Shown here in pieces: positions 49,185 through 60,332 of a DNA stretch of 64,000 bases; position 1 is the first letter of the stretch, and every line of letters begins with the position of its first letter. Position numbers and translations under genes: made by a program. Where the stretch lies: NCBI GenBank assembly GCA_045837725.1, contig JBEWZL010000066.1, positions 124,001-188,000 of the forward strand. Reading direction: 5' to 3'. The notes under the pieces are model-generated. The model saw only the letters and a program-made list of their open reading frames with translations, was not told the origin of the DNA and did not search any database. This stretch comes from Vermamoeba vermiformis (taxonomy: Eukaryota).

Positions 49185-52100
49185 ATGAATGCTATAGAAA
49201 TATTTATTCTCCCAGAGGAAGTGTTGCAGCTGATAGTTCTTAAAGTTCCCAAAAAAAGTTTAGGTAATTACATCCGAGCTCGGTAGATTAATTTAGTGTC
49301 TACTCAATTAATTGCCAATAAATATTATCTAATTTATTAATAATTTTAGCTGCATTATCTTTGGCCTCAAAATACTGGCTGCAGATCACGCGATCAGAAG
49401 ATTTTTGGAAGCTGTCATGTCACGAGAAATGGACAACAGTACTTGCTTCGGATAGAAAGGATTTTAGTGGCGATGAATATTTGATTCCTACGCTAAATGG
49501 TTCGTTTTCAGTGAAGTCCGATCGGATTCGCATCTGTTTGACACCTTATTTCGCAGTTGCCGGCGAGAAAGTAATTGATTGGAAATTCTATTATCAGCTA
49601 AGGTACGGTTATGACGCTATAATTGGACAAGGTATTAACCTTAAAGCAGGAAAAATTGGAGCAAACTTCGGACCTGGATCGTTTCAATTAGTAGCAAAGA
49701 CGAGAGCGTGCGGGAATTATGCGACCATATGACTAATACAAGCGAGCTCGACTTTAATATCCACAATTTTCTGGAGTTGATTGGCAGAAATATCCGATCT
49801 CTACCCGAAAACATGACAACGTTGTGTATGGACTTTTTATGCGATCTATGCCTACTGTGGTCCCAAAAGACCGATATTACGGTTGTTAATACCCTCATCA
49901 GTGTAAAATATTGCCTTATTCAACATTATCGAATCGAATCCAATCAATTCGGGTAGGCCTTTTTATTTTTCTCCTTTTTTCAACGATTAATTAATAATAA
50001 TTATATTCTAGGCTATGTAAGAAAGCGTTCAAATTGTGCGAGCTATTTCGAGACAAAACGTCTTCGGTGATAGCCTTGTTCACCACCGCCAAGACTCTGT
50101 TTTATTCGATACCTCAAGTACACGAACGAGAAATGGCGTTGTTTCGAGGGCTAGTCGAGTTTTTTATTAATATGGGAACGTTGGACTTGTACCGACAAAA
50201 ATCAATGGGGACGTCTTTGCAGTTTGTATACCCGTATCCAAATGGTAGTTTGATGAGCGATGGGCCTATTAATAATAGAGGTACGAAATATAGTATGGCT
50301 AAATACGTAGCTTATACTTGTGCAGATATGTTAAATAGCATCACGATGGAGATGGCTAGTCAAGCGTATCATTCCAGTGCTGATTGGCGCATTCAAGCGA
50401 GTGCCATTAATGCAGCGTGGATACCAGACTATACAGACCCGGAATATCTCCGTAAATACTTTGAGTACGTCCTTGAAAGTGTCACTTGAATTGAACTGAC
50501 GATCTATCTACAGCTTGGCGATGCACGCTGCGAGAAAAGATAACGCACAAAATTTTTTTTTTTTCGGGGTTATTGTTTTAAATTTTTTTTGCAAAAAAAT
50601 CAAAATCTTTTTTCGAAAAAATGGTTTGAGATCTTCACGTACACCTTGCCTCAGTTCCAATTGTAAGTCATCGCCAACGAACTGTGATTACTGCAAAAGA
50701 ATTCTAATTAATTTTTAATAGCAAGCAGTTTTATGTGCTGTTGTTGCTTCTCTTGCCTGTGATCGATCCGACGGAAATTTCGGATATTTTGCTCAACGAT
50801 TTCATCACAAATTTATTCACAGAAGCTCATCTACTTTATGAAGATAAGTGGGTTATACGAGAATTCGAGAAGATTGGAGCAGTGTTCAAGGAGAAGGTAC
50901 GCATCTGCGCTTAACTTTTTGCATCCGTCTTCAATGACTTATGTTATTTAGAAACTCGAGCAAATTAAATCAGCGCTCTTCGACTTAAACAGAACGCTTA
51001 ATTTGGAGGCAGAGCGGCTGTTGCTTTGTTACATTAACATTGGTAAGACAGTCAGATTTTACCCGATTAAAATTAATTTCCCGCCAATACTACTGATCAG
51101 GGCTCAATGTCAAGGGACATAATTTCGCAACAGAGTTCAGACAGCTCGTGCAACAGATCATCGATCGATCGTTGCCGTTTGAAGTGTCACTAATCAAGTG
51201 CTACAAGCTATTTGGTGCGACTTGGCTTCAATTTGCAGAATTTGAGGAAAACCGAGAGGCAATCATTGAAACTCTCTTGATGGTTATACCACCCAAGGTA
51301 TACGAGTACGGTCAGTGTGAAATTGAGATTGACTTTGAAGCCGCTGAACTGCCAGACTACCCTGAAACAATAGTCGAGTTGTTAAAAGAGCACACGCATG
51401 CAAGTCTACTGAGCCAGTTGTCAACTTCGCTTCAGTCTTACACCAAAAGTGACATACCCAAGTATATCGTGAAGAAAGAACACTTGAAGCCTGTCAATCC
51501 CAACGGAAATATCAGTGACATTTACCGCAATGACACAATGCTGAGTGAGAAGGTAAGACTACGTGCTGTCAAGAATATAATACCTTAATGAATATTGACG
51601 TTTGTAGACCATTGTGGATTCGTACGAGTCTGCAAGACAGCTATTTTTTATCGTGACGCAGAACGAAGGAAAATATGTTCAGTTCACGCAATACGTACTT
51701 CACGCAATGTTGTCATATGGCCACGAGTTGCGCGATGATGACTTGATTGATTGGTGCATGTCTGTGACGGATCTGATCGAAATGATCAAGCCAAACGTGG
51801 ATCCAATTGATTTGACGAAATATATCGATATCATTCTTAACTTGGTAGCTAGAAAAACTATTGACAGTTCGACGTTTCTCGATTTATACGCGTCTCAAGT
51901 GGTAGCTCTTGCGGAAATGTTTGCGAAGGTAAAAACAAAAGTTCATATATTATCATATTATTACTCATTAGCTTGCAACAGTGCTTCCATACTTTGACTG
52001 CATTGCGCAAACCTGTCAAACCCGAACTGATCGCGACAATGATTTTCATCTACTTGCAATTGTACGACGAGAACGTACCGAGAATACTGGAGGTAAGTAC

Positions 52101-52897
52101 CAACATCTTTAGAACTTAACAATATTAACTCCGAATTCAGCTCTCGGAGTTCATTCGGTGCCTCTGCGTAGGATGGCCTCGAGTTGCATATGATGGGATT
52201 AAACGCTCTATGTTGGCTCCTTGGCTTAACAAACAACTCCAGGAGAATGACCTAATGGCGCCGTATTTGAATGTTTATTCAGTTATTGCTGGACTGTACG
52301 GCATGGACTACGCTATAGTACGCCTCTAATCCTGGTGATAGCATGCGCTAATGTTTTTGCTATCTGTAGGCCACACTATGGAAAAATGATATGGAGCTCG
52401 CTGAACGAACGATCAGTGCTTGTAAGAGACTATACTCAAGAGCTAAAAGCGAGGTAGTCAGGCTTAGTGAGGCGGATCTGATATTTCTACGCAATTTTTT
52501 GGTACTTCAAGCAGCGCACGTTCTGAACCCACGCACGGGAACTATTTCGATCATTCCAAAGACTGGCCCTAGCGCAATTAATTTGTTAAAAGAAGCATTG
52601 CGTCACAACGAGTTCGACACTGGCGTACCAGAACTGAACGAGCACGTTAAAAATCTTGATAGAGCTGAAGTTTGTCAGCTTTTGCTTGTAAATCGAAAAA
52701 ATGAGGATGATTGTGAAGGCGAAAGTCCCAAAAGAGGACCGATTCCCCTCGCGAATAAACAATTGCATCGATTTTCGAGTTTATTATTAATGTGGACAAG
52801 GAAAGCACATGACAATCTTGTAATCTTTCATTATATTATTGTTAGTATTCGTTATTATGGCAGCATCCCTGGGTGGGAACAGAAAGCGCGACCTTGA
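49185..52897 (+). CDS. F-box array copy 5; lacks the N-terminal NLS, has a disturbed homopolymer-rich exon (~50545-50625) and an extended C-terminus overlapping copy 6
   Basis: MNAIEIFILPEEVLQLIVLKVPKK, DFWKLSCHEKW, IDWKFYYQLR, SADWRIQASA, DTGVPELN; first in-frame stop at 52895-52897. Confidence 0.65.
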
Positions 52898-55800
52898 AGA
52901 TCCTGAAGACAAGCCAGTCACGAAAAAAGGAAAATTAATTTACCTGGAAATATACGATCTACCTGAAGAGTTGATAACGGTTATATTGGCGAAAGTGTCC
53001 AAAAAAAATCAAGGTAATTTTAACATTTAATTAAATTCTAGAAATTACCGCAATATTTGCATAAACAAACAATTCACTAAAACAAATAATTAAATTAATT
53101 TTATATTTAGAAACATTATCTTTGGTTTCAAAACAATGGCTGCAGATCACGCGATCGCGAGATTTTTGGAAGCTGTCGTGCTATCATAAATGGCCAACAA
53201 CAGTTGATTCAGACGTTAAGAACTCTGACTACCAAAATATCGCTATTCCAACGTTATTCGGTAAGCAAAATTTAATCTGTGCGATCTGCGAAGAATTCTA
53301 ATTTACTGCAGTTAATGGGCAGACCTTGGTCGATTGGAGATTCTATTACTATTTAAGGTAAGATGTCTTTATTACGCGAAGGATCATCGTTTTAGAGACG
53401 TCAGCAACAAACATTGGGGAGGGTGCGGAACAGGAGGAGAAGCGCTCGATAATGGATCTCATGAATGCAGTGACTTTCATATTACCACTGCCTTTAAGTG
53501 GACAGAATACTCGCACTTAATACTGACGAACAACGTTTCGACTGATTTAAGAGCCTCAGTTTGCATCTTAATGGTCGATTTAGCTTTGGTGTGGTTTACT
53601 CAGGACAAAGCTGAGTGGATTTATACCATGTTGTGTGATTTGGAGAGACTTATCGGAATGAACGCATTCGCAGCAAGTAGCTTTCGGTATTATTTAAAAT
53701 TGGCCTATTCTACTCAAACTAACATTATTTTAGGCTCTTTAGGGGTTTATATGAACTTTGCCTGAAAATTCAAGACAAAGCTCCGGCTCTACTGCTGTAC
53801 TTATTACAACTGACAGTCCGAGTTTTTCACACAATCAAATATTACGATGGACGTGCGAAAAGATTACTAGGCTTATTGACCGAGTTTATGATTCATTTGG
53901 GGTCGTTGAATCTCGGTCAGTCTGAGCGTCAAGATCTGATTAAATTTCAGTATCCGCTTGAAAAAGAAATAGTTTTGTTGGATGCTCGCCTGGCTAATAC
54001 TGGTAAAATACTGATCGCAGCACTTCATTTCTAATAATTCATATTGTGCTAGAGTTCTTGGACGTCGTCATCGACATTGCAACTCGTGTGTTTCATTGTA
54101 GCAGTGATTGGAAGACGAAAGCAAGTGCAGTTTGTGTTGCGTGGGTGCCTGATTGCACGGATCCAGAGTACTTCAATCGCTATTGCAAGTAAGCGAAACT
54201 CAATCCAAAAATATTTGCAGAGCACTAACGTTTATTTAACGAGCCAGCTTAGCAATGAATGCGCTTTCAAGCAGTGACCCAAATATTGGCTTTGCAGGCC
54301 TCGTTGGTTTAAACAAAATGGTGATTCAGATCTCAGTTAATTGGGCCGCACAGCCACGCTTTACTGATGATCAAGTGACAATGATGCTTGCAAAGTTCAT
54401 CTCAGCATTTAATCGATTTCCTGACGTCATGTAAGATCTTAATAGGCAGTTGTACTGTTATCTATGCTGACCTAATGTCTAGGATCGACATCTTCACTGC
54501 GTTGCTGGCACTGCTAGAATACGTTAAGCCGGAGCTTTTACCCGATACATTACTCCGCGATTACTCCGTAAATATGCTGCGAGTACTTGCGAACGCTGAC
54601 CAAGTCCAACAAGAATTAAGACCAATACTCTATGGAATCAAAATGGTTGGCGCAACGTTTAAAGATCGCCTTAGCAAGGTATAATTAATTGGTCGAGCAA
54701 TAGAATCAACGAGAATTAATTATCAAGTAGGAAATGGGCTTTGCAAAAGTTGCTTTCTACGAAGCTGCGATGACCGGTGCACTAGAAGTCGAGAGATTAT
54801 TAGCAAGCTACATTCAATTTGGTGAGTAGTGATGATGGCTGCTTTTTCGAGACTTTAGTTAACTCGTTCACTTATTAGGCGTATTTGTTCAAGGCCGAGA
54901 ATTTACTTTCGAGTTCAGACAGCTGGTAAAACAAATCGCTGATGACACCTTGCCATTCAAAGTCTCTGTACTTAAATGCTTCGAGCACTTTGGTGCAATT
55001 TGGATTTCGATCACAGAGTCAGAAAATGAACACGAAGAGATCGTTCAGGCACTACTTAACGCTATTCCTAAAGAAGTATGCGAGTACGGGCAAAGTCCGT
55101 TCTACCCATGGTCCATAGCCGCACTCGAGAGTGGTCAAGAGGAATTTCCCGAAACAAAGGCAGAATTATACGCTAATCATTCGTACGATCTCAGTCAGCT
55201 CAATTTGTCGTTTTCATTCTACAAACGTGATGCTCGCTTTGCGCACTTTGTTCCAAAAGAAGATTTGAAGCAAGTAACTCCGAGCATACGATATCGCTCT
55301 AACTTTGACGCACAATTACCAAAACTGGTAAGCAGAGCAAATATTTAATGTTTAAATTAAATTGATTGTATTATTTTTTGCAGCAAACTAAAGAAGCCTT
55401 TTATCCGGCAATTCAACTCGCTCAGATTGTTGCAAGCAACAAAGGCAAATATCTGAAGCACGCACAAACTGCACTCAATGCGTTGCTTGCAATGGAGTTC
55501 GGTTTGCCTGACGGTGGTTTTGTACCATGGAGGGAATCATTAATGGCGCTTCTTCAATTGGTCCAACCAAATATGGACCCGAAAGATCTGCTACATTACG
55601 TTGGAATCATTCTCGATCTGATTTTACAATGGAAAATCAAAGCTGAACCTAATTTAATCGTGGACCTGTTTTCATCGGTAAGCTGTTTACAACGATCGAG
55701 CCTTCGTTAATATATTGCGCAGTGCGTTGAAGCCTTAATGAAACTACCAAGACTCACCGTCGACGCAATCACTTTAACGAAGTTGATCGATGTGTTTCTC

Positions 55801-56566
55801 GTGCAATCCCCCCACACTCTAAAACCTCCAAAAGTAAGCTAGAACTGCAGATTTATGGAAGAACTGATGCTCACTAATGATAGTTCACCGAATTTATGCA
55901 AGGCATATGTCTCGAATGGCCAAGAGCCGCGCGTCAAGCTTTGGAGTGTTCCAACTTGCCTTTAACACTTAGAGCACATATCCACGACACTGACCCATTG
56001 GTATGAAACGTTTTCTTGCTGCTTTATCCTTATTTGTACTTCACAGGAGAGTATGGTGCCATATTTGACCCTTTGCGCCAGTTTAAGTGCACTTTATGGT
56101 TACGATAACGTGATGGTACGTTGCATCACGTATTATATACAAACTCTCAGTAATTCTGTTATAGGTTGTTCTTTTAAGGTCAATCATGGACCGGGATAAT
56201 TTTGAAGATCGAATTGTGCGTCTCTGTCGGGAATTGTATATAGCAGCGACAAATGGAAAGATTACTTTGAGTGAAACGGATCTGCTGTTTCTACGCAATT
56301 TTTTGGTCCTGGAAGCCGTGAGTTGGCGCACAGGGCGCATTGCAATCATTCCTAAGTCAGGACCTAGATCTGTTGAAAGGCTACGAGAAGCATTAGCGGC
56401 AACGGAAGAGGACAAGCTTGACACGGGCGTCCCAGAACTGAACAAACACATTACTGGTCTGGATCTTGCTGGAGTTTGTAAGCTTCTGTTCTTAAACCAA
56501 AAAGATGAGAATGATAGCAACGATGAATCTGATCTCGAAAGTGGAAACGATGATAGCGAGATCTGA
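52857..56566 (+). CDS. F-box array copy 6
   Basis: MAASLGGNRKRD...KKGK, DLPEELITVILAKV, DFWKLSCYHKW, VDWRFYYYLR, SSDWKTKASA, DTGVPELN, acidic tail. Confidence 0.8.
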
Positions 56567-56662
56567 AGGAGCTAATTTCGCAGAATAAACATTTTTTGCA
56601 AATACCTTGGATTGAAAGCAACATGATAACTCGCTATTTTTCTTTCGAAAGAAACAATTACA

Positions 56663-59600
56663 ATGAATACGGTCCCGCGAGAGAAAAGAAGCCGCGATCC
56701 GGAAGATCAAGAAGAACGGGCCACCAAAAAAGCCAAATTAAATTATGCAGAAATTCACGACCTTCCTGAAGAGTTAGTGATGCAAATACTCGCGAAAGTG
56801 CCTAAAAAAAATCTTGGTAATTAAATAAATAATTTCATACCAATTCCATTTATTTATATCTCAGGAATTCAACGAGTTAGCTGCTATTCAATACGTCACC
56901 GATTCTAATTTTAATTTTTAAAGCCACGTTATCTTTGGTTTCAAAACAATGGCTGCAGATCGCTCGATCGCGAGATTTTTGGAAGCTGTCATGCAATCAG
57001 AAATGGCCAATGGCCGAGTCAGAATCAATTAAGTTTAATGACTTCGGAGTCACCATTCCGACGATAACAGGTACCTCTACAGCAAGATCTTTGCCAGTGG
57101 ATAGAACTCCGAACTAATATTTCTTTATCAGTGAAGGGAAATGCAGTGGTCGATTGGAAATTCTTGTATTATCTAAGGTATGCATATTTATTACCAGTAC
57201 AGATCGATAACAGCCTCTATTGTAGAACGAAACTTCGGAAAATGAACAAGCAATTCTCAGCTCTTGCCAAACAAAATAACGACAGCGGAGTGTTGGAAAG
57301 TCTGGCCGAACAATCAGCTAAATGCATCGATATTTTCTTCGTTTCGTTGCTGCCACATTTCGCGCGGTACTTGTTACATGGCAAAATCTCAGACGAACTG
57401 AGACTTACATGTTGCATCTTGTTATGTGACTTAGGACTAATTTTCTATATCAAAAACCTCCCTGATATGGCATTAATCATGCTTAGCACGTTGAAAAGTT
57501 TCGTTAAAAATTTCCCTCCGAGGACCTTTCAGTCCACAGCGCAACCACAAACCTCCTTCAGACTTTGTCGAAATCTGCTGCAATTCTGCCAAGAGATTCA
57601 AGACAAAGACCCTACACTACTGCTCGACAATGCCCTGCCCACAATAGTACAAATATTTCAGCTGCTGTTTGTCGACGAACGCACGAAAAAGCTTCTTGGT
57701 CTACTGACCAAATTCATGATTCATTTGGGAACACTCAAACTTGGCCAAGTGGAGCGTCAAGACGAACTCAAATTTCAATTTCCACTTGGGAAGAATATCG
57801 CTCTGCTCAACGATCTTCTTGCTAAAAACGAAGGTGAGTTTGTCGAATTGTAGAAGGAAATGATTTAAACAATTTGACACTTTTTGCAAGATCTGTCAAC
57901 AATTATCATCGACACGGCTACTCAGGTGTACAATAACAGCGGTGATAATTGGAAGATGAAAGCGAGCGCCATATGCGTCGCGTGGATACCCGAAATTACA
58001 AAAAAACGATGGATAAATAAGTATTACGAGTAGGCGTTGTTCAATAAGACCGCATTATTCATATTAACTTTTGTGCAATCAGATTGGCAATGAAGGCATT
58101 TGCAGACTGTGACTCCAATGTGTCATTTGCAGGCCTTGTTGGGCTGAATAACCTCGTGCAACAGAAAGACATTCGATTGCGTCTGACTGATAAGCAAAGA
58201 AGCGACATCTTCTACGCCCATACGGATGCCTTCACTCGATCTCCTTCGCTCGTGTAAGACCAATCTAACATTATCGTCTAACGCCTGATACACACCACTA
58301 ACACAACGTTTCAAGAATTGAGTTGTATCGCTCAATGTTGACCCTGCTGAAAGACAATAAGATAATTCTTTTGTCTGGCAAGACCAGACTCAATGAGTTC
58401 ACATCCAAAATGATGGCAGTATTTGCCCTGCTTAAAGACCTTCCAGAGGACGAGAGACACATTGCTTACGACTTCAATTTGTTTGGCTCAGTCTTCAAGA
58501 GCCGTTTTAGTCATGTAAGTTTGTCGCTTTCAAGGCAACTAATTTCAATGTGCAGACATTAGAGCAAGTGAAAGCAGCGTTCTTCGAGTCAGTTCAGGCT
58601 GGATTACTCGTGCCCGAGAAGTCGTTGGCAAGCTACGTGCAGTTTGGTACGAGTGACAACTGACAAGATTGGTCTTACTGAGACTATTGATAGGTGTTAG
58701 TGTCAAAGGACCTGCATTTGCGTCGGAGTTCAGACAGCTTGCCAAACAGATCGTTGATGGCACCTTGCCGTTTAAAGTCTCCTTGCTCGAATGCTACGCA
58801 CAATTCGGAGCTATTTGGGTTCAGTTCTCGGAATCAGAAGACGAGCGAGACCAAATTGTTAACGCACTTTTGACAGCAATTCCTGAAGAAGTATACGAGT
58901 ACGGCCAAAGATTATTCTTTCCCCACCACATTCAGGAACAAACAGAACTGCCTCGATTAAAAGAAGATTTGTTTAACGAACACACATTTGACTTGCATCA
59001 GCTGCAAATTACATATTCAGCGCCACAAAAGAAGAAAAACATTGTCCCTCGGTCTGTCGCTAAAACTGGTTTAGTCAAACAAAAAGGTTACCGCCACAAT
59101 CATGACTTGAATACTCTTCCAGACGTAAGACCTAGCTCGTTCTATATGATATCATTTACTAACAAGACTTGTTATTTAGAATGCAATGATGTCATTCAAC
59201 TTTGCACGGCAGCTCAGTTTGATTGTCACGCAGCAAGACAAAAAATACCTCAAACACGCGCAAAATGTGCTCCACGCACTGTTAGCAATGGAATTTGGTG
59301 TACCAGACCACAAGTTAATCGAGTGGTTACCTTCTGTTGCGAGCCTTATGGAGATAATTTCTGTGAATATGGAGCCAAAGGACTTGCTTAATTATACTGA
59401 CACCGTTCTGCGAGTGTTGGAAAACCTTATTAAACAGAAGGGCAATCAAACTCAAGACGAACTTGCACTTCAGTTATTCTATTCGGTAAGACATTTATAA
59501 CATAGACGAGTAATTTTGCGTGTCTAATCAATGGACAGTGTTTTGACAATTTAATCAACTTGGCACCGTATGTCCAGGCAAATCATCTAGCAACAATTAT

Positions 59601-60308
59601 TGGCACCTATGTGAAACTCCTTGAAAAGGAGGTTCAAATCACATTAAATGTAAGTACATTTTATACCTTTACTATGATTTAAGTAATTTATTCCGTCAGC
59701 TCGCCGAATTCATCCGCTTAGTCAGCCTCACCTGGCCCAGACTCACACCAGGTGCCGTACAATTCACGTCCTTACCGCTAGATGACTACTTTGACTTGGA
59801 CCCTCCACTTTCTGCGCCTTCTTTAAATGTGTACGCAAGTTTGAGTGCACTGTATGGCCTCAATTGCATGATGGTAAGTTCATGCGTTCAATAACAGCGC
59901 TAACATTCATTCTGGTAGCGAGTGCTCGAAATCGACGAGGATTACCAAGCAGATGTTATCCACTATTGCAAACAAATATATGTGGCAGCGACAAGCGGGT
60001 TGACGGCTTTGAGTGAAACAGATCTCACATTCCTCCGCATCCTTCTGGTTCAGAATGCTGCTCACCGTATTAACCCCCGCACGGGAAAAATAGGAATAAT
60101 TCCGAAAACGGGCCCTCGTGGCATTACAGCGCTGAAAAAAGCGATTGAGGATGATACATTCGATACGGGTGTGGAAGAACTGAACGAGCACGTCAAGAGT
60201 TTAGATATAGATGGCATTTGTAAATTTATGTTCGTCAACCGAAAAGAAGAGGACAGCGAGGAAGAGGAGGAAGACGATGAAGAAGGAAGCAATATGACAG
60301 ACGAGTAG
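56663..60308 (+). CDS. F-box array copy 7
   Basis: MNTVPREKRSRD...KKAK, DLPEELVMQILAKVPKK, DFWKLSCNQKW, VDWKFLYYLR, DNWKMKASA, DTGVEELN, poly-Glu tail. Confidence 0.8.
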
Positions 60309-60332
60309 AGTGACAATAAAGACCTCGGATTA

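Noticed and set aside
50545-50625. Homopolymer-rich stretch in copy 5 as a slippage or phase-variation switch
   Set aside because: Paralogues have ordinary sequence here (FAGLVGL...). Runs of T and A replacing it look more like low-quality consensus or local decay; cannot be resolved without reads.
29487-60308. Array as an endogenous giant virus or transposon
   Set aside because: Genes are rich in spliceosomal introns at conserved positions; no capsid, polymerase, integrase, transposase, terminal repeats or target-site duplications seen.
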